Notes: a model not told the origin generated them from the sequence alone. Counted from the first letter of the stretch, positions 1 through 10,339 are shown. The stretch is DNA of 64,000 nucleotides from Anaeromyxobacter sp. (GCA_049840735.1 JASGJN010000007.1:32001-96000); one strand, 5' to 3'. Made by a program: numbers and translations.

Positions 1-1048
1 TCGGCGCGGACGGCCAGCCGGCCCTCGGCGCCGGCCTCGGCCAGGCGGCGGGTGTCCTCGACCAGCGCGCCCACCGAGGCGCAGGAGCGGTTGAGCGCCT
101 CCTTCATGCGCTCGAAGTCGCCCTGGTAGGGCTCGGTGATGGGGGCGGATCTCGCCGCGCGACAGCCGCGCCAGCTGGTCCACCGCGACCGCCACCGGGC
201 GGGAGAAGGCCTCGAAGGTCTCGTTCATGCCGGCCACGATGGGCCGGAACTCCGGGACGATCGCCTCCACGTCGCCGCGCACGTCCAGCCGGCCGGCGCT
301 GGCCGCCTCGGTCAGGCGGCGCGACTCGTCCAGCACCTGCATCAGGGGCCGGGAGATGCTGCGCGCGAGCCAGACGGCGGCGAGCGAGGCCAGCGCGGCG
401 GCCAGCAGCGTGAAGAGCGCGATGGCGATCTCGATCGCTGCGCGCCTCGGCCTCTCCTTTCTCGCGCTCCGCCTGGACCAGCTGGTCGATGTCGTCGACG
501 TAGTTGCCGGCGCCGATCACCCAGCCGAACGGCTCGAAGGCCACGGTGTAGGCCCGCTTCGGCAGCGGCGCCGAGCCCTGCGCCCGCGGCCAGACGTAGT
601 CGGTGAAGCCGCCGCCCGGCTTGCGCCCGTTCTCGATCAGCTTGGACACCACCGGCAGGCCGTTCGCGTCATGGGCGTCGATGCGGCTCTTGCCCTCCAC
701 CGGCTTGCCCAGCAGCACCACGTTCACGCCGTCGTAGGTGTCGGCCCAGAAGTAGTTGTCGTCGCCGAAGCGAAGGGAGCGCAGCAGGTCCGCGCCGTCC
801 TTGCGCGCCTGCTCGGGGGTGAGCTCGCCGCGGTCGGCGCGGGCGGCGACGGCGGCCAGCATCGAGGTCGCGGTCTCCACCTGCGCCCGCGCGCTGCGGT
901 CGAAGCTGTCCCGGAGCGAGACCTCGAGCTCGGCGAGGTGACGCTCGGTCGCCTGGCTGTTGCGGTAGGCCGTCCCGGCGCAGACCAGCACGCCGACGGC
1001 CAGCGCGGCGCCGGCGCCCAGCAGGACGATCTTGGTGCGGAGGATCAT
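1..1048 (-). CDS. Methyl-accepting chemotaxis-type receptor: TM, single Cache_2 domain, TM, HAMP repeats. Runs off the window edge; two apparent frameshifts (~440, ~145)
   Basis: ATG at 1048 (MILRTKIVLLGAG). Cache_2-like motifs LRFGDDNYFW and GGGFTDYVWPR..PLPKRAY..FEPFGWVIGAGNYVDDI. After a frame change it continues IAIALFTLLAAALASLAAVWLARSISRPL..GRLDVRGD and ITEPYQGDFERMKEALN. Confidence 0.8.
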
Positions 1049-1359
1049 GTGTGCGCTCCCGGGCGGGGCCGGATTGCAGCGGTTGGGCCAGCCGTCCCTG
1101 GGGGCACGCGCGCGGTCCTCGGCCCGGATCCAGTGGGTTTCCAGGCGCAGCTCCCGCCGACGGGCGCCTGAGTGAAGGGGCACCCCGGTACGCCTCCGCG
1201 ACCCGCCCCGGGTTCTCGGCGCCAACGCCTCCTGGGTCCGGTGAGGAGCTTCTCCCCGCACGCAAGGGTGAGGCCGTTCGCCCGACACACCAGTGAGCTG
1301 CCGTGTGTGCGTGCGCCTGCTTAGCTGCCCCACGTTGCCACCCACCTGGAGGAACCTGC

Positions 1360-1806
1360 ATGCGCACATCATGGGCGCCTGCTGCGGCGATGCTCGCCGC
1401 GCTGGCGATCGCCGTACCGAGCCTGGCCGAAGCCCAGCACGTCGCGAAGGGCAAGAAGAAGGCTGACGTCGAGGTAGACACCCCCGCCACCGCGGCGGTG
1501 GACGAGTCGGGGCGGCTGCGCGCGCCCACCCGCGAGGAGCTGGAGGCGCTCTCGGCGGCCACCGCGGCGCTGGTCAACGAGTCCACCGAGGGGCTCACCC
1601 CGGTGCAGCTCCCGGACGGCTCACGCGTGGTGAACCTGGAGGATCACTTCCAGAGCGTGGCCGTGGCCACCACCCGCGGGGCGAAGGTGGACGCCCGCTG
1701 CGTGACCAGCCCGGAGGAGGCCCGCGCCCTGGCGCAGCCGACCCCGCCGGTCCGGAAGTCCGACCCACCACTCCAGCCGGCCACCCCCGCTCTCGAGGAG
1801 CGCTGA
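1360..1806 (+). CDS. Small secreted protein, resembling the post-PEP-CTERM-1 type domain, upstream of a peptidase
   Basis: GGAGGA RBS then ATG 1360. Signal peptide; motif VDESGRLRAPTREE...QLPDGSRVVNLEDHFQSVAVA...C. Stop is 2 nt before the next ATG. Confidence 0.65.
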   Translation: MRTSWAPAAAMLAALAIAVPSLAEAQHVAKGKKKADVEVDTPATAAVDESGRLRAPTREELEALSAATAALVNESTEGLTPVQLPDGSRVVNLEDHFQSVAVATTRGAKVDARCVTSPEEARALAQPTPPVRKSDPPLQPATPALEER

Positions 1807-1808
1807 CC

Positions 1809-3500
1809 ATGACCACGCGGACCCTGGCCGCACTGGCCCTGGCCACCCTCCTGGCGCCGCTCGCCGCGCGCGCGGACGCAGACGTCATCATCGTCAACGG
1901 CAACGCGCCCGGCGTCGGCTTCAACGACCCGACCCCGGTGGCGCCGGTGGGCGGAAACCCCGGCACCACGCTGGGTGAGCAGCGGCTCAACGCCTTCCGC
2001 CACGCGGCCGGGATCTGGGGCGCCACGCTCGACAGCCGCCCGGACGTGAACGTGTTCGCCACCTTCGAGCCGCTGACCTGCACCGCCACCTCGGCCGTGC
2101 TCGGCTCGGCCGGCCCCATCTCGGTCTGGACGGACTTCCCAGGCGCGACCTACGCCGCCACCTGGTACCACGCGGCGCTGGCCAACAAGCTGGCCGGCCA
2201 GGACCTGGATCCGACCGCCCCGGAGATCCGGGCCCGCTTCAACTCCAACCTGGGCAGCGCCGGCTGCCTCACCGGCAGCTTCTGGTACCTGGGCTACGAC
2301 ACCCCAGCGCCGGCCGGGCAGCTCTCGCTGGTGGTGGTGTTGCTGCACGAGTTCGCGCACGGCCTGGGCTTCTCGTCGGTGACAAACGTCTCCACCGGCG
2401 CGCTCTTCTTCGGCCAGTCGGACACGTACTCGAAGTTCTACCACGACGAGCTCACCGGCCAGGGCCGGGACGAGATGACCGACGCGCAGCGCCAGGCCTC
2501 CGCGCTCCACTCGCGGCAGGTGGTCTGGAGCGGCCCCCACGTCACCGACGCCGTCCCCGCCGTGCTCAGCCCGGGCACGCCCGTCCTCTCGGTGGTCTCG
2601 GCCGCGCTCACCAGCGACTTCCCGGTGGGCGCCGCCGCCTTCGGGCCGCCGCTCGCCTCGCCCGGCGTGACCGGCCAGATGGTGGCCGCGCTGGACGCCG
2701 CCAACGCCGCGGGGCCGACCACCTTCGACGCCTGCACGCCGCTCACCAACGCGGGCGAGGTGGCGGGCCGCGTCGCGGTGGTGAGCCGCGGCACCTGCGC
2801 CTTCACCGTCAAGGTGAAGAACGCGCAGGACGCCGGGGCCATCGCGGTGGTGGTGGCCGACAACGCCGCCGGCGGCCCGCCCGCCGGGATGGGCGGCGCC
2901 GACGCGAGCATCACCATCCCCTCGGTCCGCGTGACGCTCGACGCCGGCAACGCCATCCGCGCCGCCATCGCGGCCGGGCCGGTGACCGGCACGCTGGGCG
3001 TGGACCCGGGGATCCGCGCCGGCACCACCCGCTCCGGGATGGCCATGCTCTACACGCCCAGCCCGGTGCAGCCCGGCTCGTCGGTCTCGCACTGGGACGA
3101 CAGCACCACGCGCAACCAGCTGATGGAGCCGGCCATCAACACCGACCTGACCACCCACGTGGCGCCGCCCTACGATCTCACGCTGCCGCTGCTGCGCGAC
3201 GTGGGCTGGTACCTGGACCGCGACCTGGACCAGGTGGACGACGACGTGGCCGACCGCTGCCTGGGCTCCGACCTGGGCGGCACGGTGGTGGTGGGCGGGA
3301 TCGACACCGGCGTGCCCAACACGCTCTTCACCGACGGCTGCACCATCGTGGACCGCGTGAACGCCTGCGGCGCCGGCGCCCGCAACCACGGCGCCTACGT
3401 GAGCTGCGTGGCCGGCTGGACCAACGCGCTGCTGGGGGCCGGCTACCTCACCGACGCCCAGAAGGGCGCCATCCAGTCGGCCGCCGCCCGCAACAGGTGA
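1809..3500 (+). CDS. Secreted zinc metallopeptidase with inserted PA domain and C-terminal accessory domain
   Basis: Signal peptide; HEFAHGLGF zinc motif; PA motif VVSRGTCAFTVKVKNAQDAGAIAVVVADN; SVSHWD..LMEP. Confidence 0.85.
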   Translation: MTTRTLAALALATLLAPLAARADADVIIVNGNAPGVGFNDPTPVAPVGGNPGTTLGEQRLNAFRHAAGIWGATLDSRPDVNVFATFEPLTCTATSAVLGSAGPISVWTDFPGATYAATWYHAALANKLAGQDLDPTAPEIRARFNSNLGSAGCLTGSFWYLGYDTPAPAGQLSLVVVLLHEFAHGLGFSSVTNVSTGALFFGQSDTYSKFYHDELTGQGRDEMTDAQRQASALHSRQVVWSGPHVTDAVPAVLSPGTPVLSVVSAALTSDFPVGAAAFGPPLASPGVTGQMVAALDAANAAGPTTFDACTPLTNAGEVAGRVAVVSRGTCAFTVKVKNAQDAGAIAVVVADNAAGGPPAGMGGADASITIPSVRVTLDAGNAIRAAIAAGPVTGTLGVDPGIRAGTTRSGMAMLYTPSPVQPGSSVSHWDDSTTRNQLMEPAINTDLTTHVAPPYDLTLPLLRDVGWYLDRDLDQVDDDVADRCLGSDLGGTVVVGGIDTGVPNTLFTDGCTIVDRVNACGAGARNHGAYVSCVAGWTNALLGAGYLTDAQKGAIQSAAARNR

Positions 3501-3586
3501 AGTCCGCCGCCCGTCCGCCCGGGGCCTCGGCTCCCGGGCGGGCGGTGCGGCCCCCTTCCGTTCCCGGTGAGCCGAGCCCGTTCGCC

Positions 3587-5872
3587 TCAGCCGGCCTCGG
3601 CCTGGCGCCGCCGGCTGTGCGCCCACCAGCCCAGCGCCACGAAGGCCACCTCGACCACCAGCACCAGCACCATCCAGAAGACGATGGGCGAGTCGCCCAT
3701 GCCGTAGGCGTGCATGCCCGTGCCCAGCACGAAGTTCACGCCCAGGTAGGTCATGAGGATGGTCTGGAAGGCCAGGATGCCGATGGCGGCCACGCCGAAC
3801 TCGCCCAGCAGCTTCTCCACCTTGCCGTGGAGGATGGCCATGTAGGCGAGGAAGGCGACCAGCGACCAGACCTCCTTCGGATCCCAGCCCCAGTACCGGC
3901 CCCAGGAGGACGCCGCCCAGACCGAGCCGGTCAGGATGCCGGCCAGCAGCAGGATGTTCCCCACGTGCATGTACCAGTAGTTGAGGCCGTACAGGTGCGA
4001 GGCCAGCTCCTTCTGCTTCGGGGCGAAGATGGCGCAGCCCACCTGCACGTGCGCGATCACCATGCTCAGGGCCAGCACCGCGTAGCCGACCATGATGATG
4101 GGCACGTGGATGGCCAGCCAGGGCGTGCCGGTGAGCACCGGCGCGATCGGGTGGATGAAGCCGTCCATCGGCAACAGGTCGGTGAGCGCCATGGTCAGCG
4201 CGGCCATGCCGCAGGCGTTGGCGACCACCAGCCGGTTGCGCAGCACGGCGAAGGCCAGCACGGCGAACAGCCCCACGCCCCAGGCCAGGAAGAGGAGCGA
4301 CTCGTACATGTTGGCGGCCGGGATCCGGTCGCCCACCTGCCAGCGCACCCAGATGCCCCAGCTCATCACGCCGAAGCCGGCGACCAGGCCGAGCAGCGAG
4401 ACCACGTCCAGCGCGCGCGAGCGGCGCACCCAGGCGGCGATGGAGACCAGCAGCGCGCCCAGCAGGACCAGCCAGGCGACGCGGCTGGGCCGGGAGGCGT
4501 TGTAGGAGAGCTCGCGCTCGACGGCCACGGCGCTGGGCCAGCCGGTCAGGCGCGGGCCGCGGGCCAGCTGCGCCAGGTCGGCGGCGGTGGCGAAGGGGGC
4601 CACGCCCCAGCGGGCGCGGGGATCGCCGGCCACCGGGATGACCCGGACGGCCTCGTGGCGCAGGTAGTCCTCCAGCTCGTTGGCGCGCTCGACCGCCTTC
4701 TCGGCCGCGGCCAGGACGCCGGTGCGCTTCACGCCCTGCCGCTCCAGCAGGTGGGCCTGGCCGAGCAGCTTGCGCAGCTCCGCGCTCCCGGCCAGCTCCT
4801 GGTAGGAGACGTGGTCGGTGGCGAGCCCGAGCTGGCGGACCAGCGCCCGGTCCAGCTTGATGACGCGCTCGGTGGCCGTGGACGTCCCGTAGAGCCAGCG
4901 GGTGGCGGTGAGGACCGGGTCCTCGCCCTGGAAGCGGCGCTGGCCGGTGATCTTCCAGACGGCCTCGCGGGCCTGCGTGTCGAGCGGCATGGTCCGCCCG
5001 TCGTGCTGGACGGGCACCCGCCGCAGCGCCTCCAGGTCGGCCGGGGAGACCGCGTCGGCGCGCGCGGCGCCGCCGAGCCCCAGCCCGAGCAGCACCGCCG
5101 CCACCACGCCGGCGCGGCCGGCGCGGGCCGAGGCGCGCTCCCTCGCCTCCGCCTGGGCGGCGGCCTTCTCGCGCTCCTGCGAGATGCGGGTGGCGAGGAC
5201 CACCACCATGCCCACCAGCAGCAGCGCGTAGCCGGCGAAGGCCACCGGCTGCCCCGGATCGCGGGAGACCTCGAAGGTGGAGGACTCGCGGCCGCCGTCC
5301 TGGTCGTAGCTGGACTGGAACAGCGTGAAGCCCTGGACGTGCAGGGGGTGGTTCATCCAGATGCGCTCGGCGGTGGTGACGCCGGTGGCCTTGTCGGTGA
5401 CCTGGACCAGGCTGCGGAACTGGGCCGGGCGCATGGTGCCGGGGTAGCGATCGAGCTGGAAGTCGTCCAGCTTCACGGTGAAGGGCAGCTCGACCCGCCC
5501 GATGGGCTGGCCGCCGTCCACGACCACGAACTGGTCGCTCGCCTCGCCCTCCCACAGCGGCAGCCGGCCCGAGACGCCGAACGCCCAGGTGAGGATGGCG
5601 CCGGCCAGCGTCACCAGGATGCCGGCGTGGGTGAGGAGGAAGCCGATGCGCCACCTGCCCCAGGGGAAGTGGACGATGATGGAGGCCAGCACGTTCACCG
5701 CGAAGGCGGCCTGCAGCGCGATGAACCACCAGCTGTAGTAGACCGCCGCCTGGGCCAGCTCGGCGCCGCGGGTGGACTCGATGATGGTGCCGGTCGCCAG
5801 CCCGATCAGCAGCAGGACGAGCAGGACGACGGCGAGCTTGAGCGAGGCGATGGTGCGGAGGGTCTGGGTCAT
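3587..5872 (-). CDS. ccsBA: Fused cytochrome c biogenesis system II protein (ResB/CcsB + CcsA)
   Basis: N-terminal SLKLAVVLL..GTIIES, LTHAG, IWMNHPL (ResB-like); C-terminal WWD motif WAASSWGRYWGWDPKEVW and terminal GMHAYG. ATG at 5872 with AGGAAGGA RBS. Confidence 0.92.
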   Translation of the reverse strand: MTQTLRTIASLKLAVVLLVLLLIGLATGTIIESTRGAELAQAAVYYSWWFIALQAAFAVNVLASIIVHFPWGRWRIGFLLTHAGILVTLAGAILTWAFGVSGRLPLWEGEASDQFVVVDGGQPIGRVELPFTVKLDDFQLDRYPGTMRPAQFRSLVQVTDKATGVTTAERIWMNHPLHVQGFTLFQSSYDQDGGRESSTFEVSRDPGQPVAFAGYALLLVGMVVVLATRISQEREKAAAQAEARERASARAGRAGVVAAVLLGLGLGGAARADAVSPADLEALRRVPVQHDGRTMPLDTQAREAVWKITGQRRFQGEDPVLTATRWLYGTSTATERVIKLDRALVRQLGLATDHVSYQELAGSAELRKLLGQAHLLERQGVKRTGVLAAAEKAVERANELEDYLRHEAVRVIPVAGDPRARWGVAPFATAADLAQLARGPRLTGWPSAVAVERELSYNASRPSRVAWLVLLGALLVSIAAWVRRSRALDVVSLLGLVAGFGVMSWGIWVRWQVGDRIPAANMYESLLFLAWGVGLFAVLAFAVLRNRLVVANACGMAALTMALTDLLPMDGFIHPIAPVLTGTPWLAIHVPIIMVGYAVLALSMVIAHVQVGCAIFAPKQKELASHLYGLNYWYMHVGNILLLAGILTGSVWAASSWGRYWGWDPKEVWSLVAFLAYMAILHGKVEKLLGEFGVAAIGILAFQTILMTYLGVNFVLGTGMHAYGMGDSPIVFWMVLVLVVEVAFVALGWWAHSRRRQAEAG

Positions 5873-5889
5873 GTCCTTCCTCGTGAAAC

Positions 5890-5937
5890 CCGTTCGCCCG
5901 GGCGTAGCGAGCCGGCAGGCTCGCGGACTGCCAGGGG
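5890..5937 (+). repeat. Degenerate copy of REP-like palindrome family
   Basis: CCGTTCGCCCGGGCGTAGC-GAGCCGGCAGGCTC-GCGGACTGCCAGGGG matches the copies at 16807, 26791 and 38025. Confidence 0.6.
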
Positions 5938-6143
5938 CGGCGCCGCGGGCGTAAGCAGGCCCCGGGCCAACACGCGCATGGGAGGAACCGCCCGTCCCGC
6001 CAGGCTGTTCCGGCAAATCGGCCCCTGATCCGCGCGCGGAGCGTGGATCAGGGGCCGGCCGGCGCTCGCCGTGGGTGAAGGTGCCGCCGCCCTGACGCGC
6101 AAAACCGTCACGTCCGCGCAGGGCTTGCGGGCCGGGGCGCGGC

Positions 6144-6641
6144 TCACCCCTCCTTGCCGCGCTTGCCCATCCGCGAGTCGAGGTACCAGATGCCGCCGCC
6201 CTGGTCGCCGACCGCGTGCAGGTGGTCCACGATCTGGCCGACGGTGGCCTCCTCCTCCACCTGCTCGGTCACGTACCACTGCAGCGTGATCTCGCTGGCG
6301 TAGTCCTTCTCCGTGCGGGCCAGCGCGAAGAGCGCCGAGATCCGCTCGGTGATCGTCTTCTCGTGCGCCAGCACCTGCTCGAACACCTGGATCACCCCGC
6401 CGTACTCCGAGGCCGGCGCCGCCACCGGCCGCAGCTCCAGCTTGCCGCCGCGGTCGAGCAGGAAGTCGATCAGCTTGACGGCGTGGGCGGTCTCCTCGCC
6501 GGCCTGCACCCGCAGCCAGTGGGCGAAGCCGCGGAAGCTCCGACCCTCGCAGGCGGCGCTCATGGCCAGGTAGAGCTGGGCTGAGTACTGCTCGATGTTG
6601 ATCTGGGCGTTGAGCGCGTCCTGCATGGTCTTGCTGATCAT
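6144..6641 (-). CDS. ftnA: Non-heme ferritin
   Basis: LNAQINIEQYSAQLYLAM, EETAHAVKL, HEKTIT, LQWYVTEQVEEE ferroxidase motifs. Confidence 0.95.
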   Translation of the reverse strand: MISKTMQDALNAQINIEQYSAQLYLAMSAACEGRSFRGFAHWLRVQAGEETAHAVKLIDFLLDRGGKLELRPVAAPASEYGGVIQVFEQVLAHEKTITERISALFALARTEKDYASEITLQWYVTEQVEEEATVGQIVDHLHAVGDQGGGIWYLDSRMGKRGKEG

Positions 6642-6659
6642 GGCTGCTCCTCTGGTGGG

Positions 6660-6902
6660 TTAGCCCAGATAGTCCCTGGGCGGGGGCGGGGGAAAGGTGC
6701 CCGGAGGGGGCGGGCTCCGGGAGAGACGGATCGGCCCATCGCCCGCTCCGCGGCCGGGGCCGCAGCTGGAGGCCGCGCCGGAGCCCTTCCCGCAGCCGCC
6801 GGAGCAGCCGGCGCACGATCCCGCGCCGCGCAGCGTGCGCACCAGCAGCCAGCCGGCGAGCCCCAGCACCACCGCGCTGATGAGCAGATCGGTCGGGCCC
6901 AC
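6660..6902 (-). CDS. FeoB-associated Cys-rich small membrane protein
   Basis: One TM helix then GSCAGCSGGCG...SSC; directly downstream of feoB. Confidence 0.75.
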   Translation of the reverse strand: MGPTDLLISAVVLGLAGWLLVRTLRGAGSCAGCSGGCGKGSGAASSCGPGRGAGDGPIRLSRSPPPPGTFPPPPPRDYLG

Positions 6903-6903
6903 G

Positions 6904-9099
6904 TCAGCCTCCCAGCCCGAGCCAGGTGCCGCCCTGGAAGATCACCAGCGCCGCCGCCCAGGCCACCGCGGTCTGCCAGGCGAAGGCCACGCCGAACCAG
7001 CGCCACCCGCCCAGCTCCTGGCGCATGGCGATGGCCACCACCACGCAGGGCATGTAGAGCAGCACGAAGACCATGAAGGCGATGGCGGAGAGCGGCGTGA
7101 AGGACCGGCGCAAGGCCTCCTCCAGCGGCCCGGGCTCCTCCTCCGGCTCGAGCGAGAAGGAGGCCAGGCCGAAGGTGGTGACCACGTTCCGGCCGGCCTG
7201 CTGGAAGGCCTCGCCCAGCGAGGTGACCATCCCGCCCAGCTCCTCGCCCACCGTGGGGGCCGGCCCTTCCTCCTCCGCCCCGGCGGCGGGCGCGTAGATC
7301 TCGGACATCGTGCCCACCACGATCTCCTTGGCGATGATCCCGGTCAGCAGCGAAGAGGCCGCCTCCCAGGTGCCGAACCCGATGGGCCGGAGCGCCGGGG
7401 CCACGGCCTGGCCGGCCTGGCCCAGGTAGGAGTCGCGCTTGTGCTCCACGCCCCAGGGCAGGTGGAGCGCGAACCAGACCAGCACCGAGACGGCCAGGAT
7501 GTAGGTGCCGGCCTTGTGCAGGAAGTGCTTCCCCTTCTCCCAGGTGTGGATGGAGACGCTGCGCAGGCTGGGGAGCCGGTAGGGCGGCAGCTCCATGATG
7601 AAGGCCGGGGCCTGGCCGCGGAAGAGCGTGTGCTTGAAGACCAGGCCGGTGACCACCGCCAGGGCGATGCCGACCACGTAGAGCGCCCAGACCACGGTCC
7701 CGGCCCGCCCCGGGAAGAAGACGGCCGCGAAGAGCACGTAGACCGGCAGGCGGGCGCCGCAGGACATGAAGGGCACCAGCAGCGAGGTCAGGACGCGGTC
7801 GCGGTGGGACTCGAGCGTTCGGGTGGCGTAGATGCCCGGCACGTTGCAGCCGAAGCCGAGCACCAGCGGGATGAAGGACTTCCCGTGCAGCCCGATGGCG
7901 TGCATGGCGCGGTCCATGACGAAGGCGGCCCGGGCCATGTAGCCGCTGGCCTCCAGCACGGTGATGAAGAACATCATGGCGAAGATGACCGGCACGAAGA
8001 CCAGCACGAACCCCACGCCGGCGATGACGCCGTCCTGGGCCAGCGAGCGGGTCCAGTCCGGCGCGCCCAGCGCGGCCAGCCCCACCGCCGCCCAGCGCTT
8101 CAGCGGGCCGTTGGCGATCCCGTCGATCCAGTCGCCGAACGGGGCCGACAGGTCGAAGGTGAGCTTCAGCACCAGCCACATGAGCGCCAGGAAGATGGGG
8201 ATGCCCAGGAACCGGTTGAGCACCACCTTGTCGATGCGCTCGGTCAGCTCGACCCGCGGCCGCTCGGGGCGGCGCACCACCTCGCGGGCCAGCCCGGCCG
8301 CCACGCCGTAGCGCGCCTCCGCCAGCAGCCCCTCGCCGTCGTCGCCGTGGGCGCGGCGCAGGTGATCGAGCGGACCGTCCAGCAGGGCGGCGGCATCGGC
8401 CCCGAGCCCGGCCAGCACCCGCGGATCGCCCTCGATGCACTTGAGCGCCAGCCAGCGGCGCGGCGGCGCGCCCTCCTGGGCCGGCGCGAGCCGCTCCAGC
8501 CGGTCGGCCACGCCGCGGGCGGCCTCCTCCAGGTCCGGGCCGTAGGCGGGCGCGGCCGGCGGGGGGCGCCCGGCGGCGGCGACCGCCGCGTCCAGCAGCG
8601 CCCCGAGCCCCTCGCGCCGGGTGGCGGAGGTGGGGATCACCGGCGCGCCCAGCCGCTCCGACATCCCGGCGACGTCGATGCGGATGCCCTTGGCCAGCGC
8701 CTCGTCGTGGACGTTGAGGGCCACCACCACCGGCAGCCCCAGCTCCAGGAGCTGGACCGTCAGGTAGAGGTTCCGCTCCAGGTTGGTGGCGTCCACCACG
8801 TTGACCACCACGTCCGGCCGCTCCAGCACCAGGTGATCGCGGGCGACCACCTCCTCCTGCGAGTGGGGCGAGAGCGAGTAGGTGCCGGGCAGGTCCACCA
8901 GCCGGATGGGCTGGCCGCCGTGGTCCAGATCGGCCTCGGCCTTGGCCACGGTGACGCCGGCGTAGTTGCCGACGTGGAGCCGGGTGCCGGCCAGGGCGTT
9001 GATGAGCGTGGACTTGCCGGAGTTGGGGTTGCCGGCCACCGCCACCACCAGGCGGCGGGCCGGCGGGGCGGCCGGGGCGAGCTGGGCGGCGGCGCTCAC
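6904..9099 (-). CDS. feoB: Ferrous iron transporter FeoB
   Basis: GNPNSGKS G1, DLPGTYSL G3, DATNLERNLYL, gate motifs GFGCNVP, PFMSCGARLPVY, LYMPC. Confidence 0.98.
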   Translation of the reverse strand: MSAAAQLAPAAPPARRLVVAVAGNPNSGKSTLINALAGTRLHVGNYAGVTVAKAEADLDHGGQPIRLVDLPGTYSLSPHSQEEVVARDHLVLERPDVVVNVVDATNLERNLYLTVQLLELGLPVVVALNVHDEALAKGIRIDVAGMSERLGAPVIPTSATRREGLGALLDAAVAAAGRPPPAAPAYGPDLEEAARGVADRLERLAPAQEGAPPRRWLALKCIEGDPRVLAGLGADAAALLDGPLDHLRRAHGDDGEGLLAEARYGVAAGLAREVVRRPERPRVELTERIDKVVLNRFLGIPIFLALMWLVLKLTFDLSAPFGDWIDGIANGPLKRWAAVGLAALGAPDWTRSLAQDGVIAGVGFVLVFVPVIFAMMFFITVLEASGYMARAAFVMDRAMHAIGLHGKSFIPLVLGFGCNVPGIYATRTLESHRDRVLTSLLVPFMSCGARLPVYVLFAAVFFPGRAGTVVWALYVVGIALAVVTGLVFKHTLFRGQAPAFIMELPPYRLPSLRSVSIHTWEKGKHFLHKAGTYILAVSVLVWFALHLPWGVEHKRDSYLGQAGQAVAPALRPIGFGTWEAASSLLTGIIAKEIVVGTMSEIYAPAAGAEEEGPAPTVGEELGGMVTSLGEAFQQAGRNVVTTFGLASFSLEPEEEPGPLEEALRRSFTPLSAIAFMVFVLLYMPCVVVAIAMRQELGGWRWFGVAFAWQTAVAWAAALVIFQGGTWLGLGG

Positions 9100-9323
9100 G
9101 GCACCACCTCCACGGCGATCCCCTGCGCCTCGGCCTTCCGCAGCGACAGGTGGTAGCTGCGGATGGAGATCTCGATGGGATCGCCCAGCGGCGCCACCTT
9201 CTCCACCGCCACCTCCTGGCCCGCCAGCACGCCCATGTCCATCAGCCGCCGCCGCATGGGGCCAATGGCCCCCACCGAAGTGATCCGCGCCCGCCGTCCG
9301 GGCTCGAGCTCTGCCAGGTTCAT
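9096..9323 (-). CDS. feoA: Ferrous iron transport protein FeoA
   Basis: RRRLMDMG, APLGDPIEI, LSLRKAEA; overlaps the feoB start (GTGA). Confidence 0.95.
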   Translation of the reverse strand: MNLAELEPGRRARITSVGAIGPMRRRLMDMGVLAGQEVAVEKVAPLGDPIEISIRSYHLSLRKAEAQGIAVEVVP

Positions 9324-9324
9324 G

Positions 9325-9537
9325 TCAGGTCCTCACCGTGATGCGCATGGCCACGCCGCGGTCCACCGCGATGCGTGCGCCGTCGATCTTCACCAGCACC
9401 GGGCCGCCGCCGTTCGCCAGCACGCGCACGCGCACGCCGGCCTGCAGCCCCACCGCGCGCGCCGCGGGCGCCGCCGCGCCGGACACGGACACGATCTCCG
9501 CCGCCTCGCCGTCGGCGAGCAGTCCCAGGGGAACCAT
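9325..9537 (-). CDS. feoA: Second FeoA-family protein
   Basis: GLQAGVRVRVL..GGPVLVKIDGARIAVDRGVAMRI. Confidence 0.85.
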   Translation of the reverse strand: MVPLGLLADGEAAEIVSVSGAAAPAARAVGLQAGVRVRVLANGGGPVLVKIDGARIAVDRGVAMRITVRT

Positions 9538-9548
9538 GGGGGCCTCGC

Positions 9549-10322
9549 TCAGAGCGCGACGGTGAGCTGCACCACGCCCAGCGGGTCGGCGTGCGCGCCG
9601 GCCACCCGGAACAGCCCGCCGAACATCAGGGCGGTGGCCTCGCCCAGCTGCGCCTTCAGGCTGGGGCCGAGGCTCAGGCAGTCGTCGTCGGCGCCCGTGT
9701 CGCCGGCCAGCTCCAGCAGCGCGTGCCAGCGGCTGCCCAGGGCCAGCGCCCCGGAGAGACCGCCGTGGGCGTGCGGCTGCCAGCCGTCCACCGGCGAGGC
9801 CAGCTGGGCCGAGGCCCGCACCGTGATCCCGCCGAGCGGCTGCATCAGGCCCAGGGCCAGCCCGCCCTCCTGGACGCCGTCCTGCTCGAAGGTGCCCATC
9901 CAGTCGGCCGAGGCGGAGAGCGTGAGGCCGGTCTCGCCGCCGTCCAGGACCAGGACCTTCAGCGACGCGGCCGGGTCCACCAGCCGATCCCCGTCCGGCG
10001 AGAGGCCGACGTCGGCGGTGAACCCGGCCCGCCCCCCCAGCGCCTGCGCCAGCTGGAAGCCGGGGGCGACGCGGAGGGTGCGGTGGCCGTCGCCGTCGTC
10101 GGGCGCGGCGCGCTCGAAGGAGGCAGCCACGTTCAGCTCGGTCCCGCCCGGCGGGAGGGTGTCGGGCAGGAAGAGCGCCTCGGCCACCACGCCGGCGGGG
10201 CCGGGCGGCGGCGCCAGCTCGACGGCGCGGCTGACCTCGACCGAGTCGATCAGGTCCTGCGCGAGCGCGGGCAGGGCGAGGAGGGTGGCGAGCAGCGCGA
10301 GGGGGCGGTGGATGGCGGTCAT
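9549..10322 (-). CDS. Hypothetical exported protein, probable outer-membrane beta-barrel, first gene of the feo cluster
   Basis: Signal peptide MTAIHRPLALLATLLALPALA; alternating amphipathic strands; ends GVVQLTVAL. Confidence 0.6.
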   Translation of the reverse strand: MTAIHRPLALLATLLALPALAQDLIDSVEVSRAVELAPPPGPAGVVAEALFLPDTLPPGGTELNVAASFERAAPDDGDGHRTLRVAPGFQLAQALGGRAGFTADVGLSPDGDRLVDPAASLKVLVLDGGETGLTLSASADWMGTFEQDGVQEGGLALGLMQPLGGITVRASAQLASPVDGWQPHAHGGLSGALALGSRWHALLELAGDTGADDDCLSLGPSLKAQLGEATALMFGGLFRVAGAHADPLGVVQLTVAL

Positions 10323-10339
10323 GGTTGGGGCGTCCGGAT

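Noticed and set aside
1065..1145. c-di-GMP-II riboswitch-like ends (GGAAAC...TGCAATCCGGCC) on the minus strand upstream of the chemoreceptor
   Set aside because: Internal kink-turn and pseudoknot elements not recognisable by eye; an Rfam covariance search would be needed
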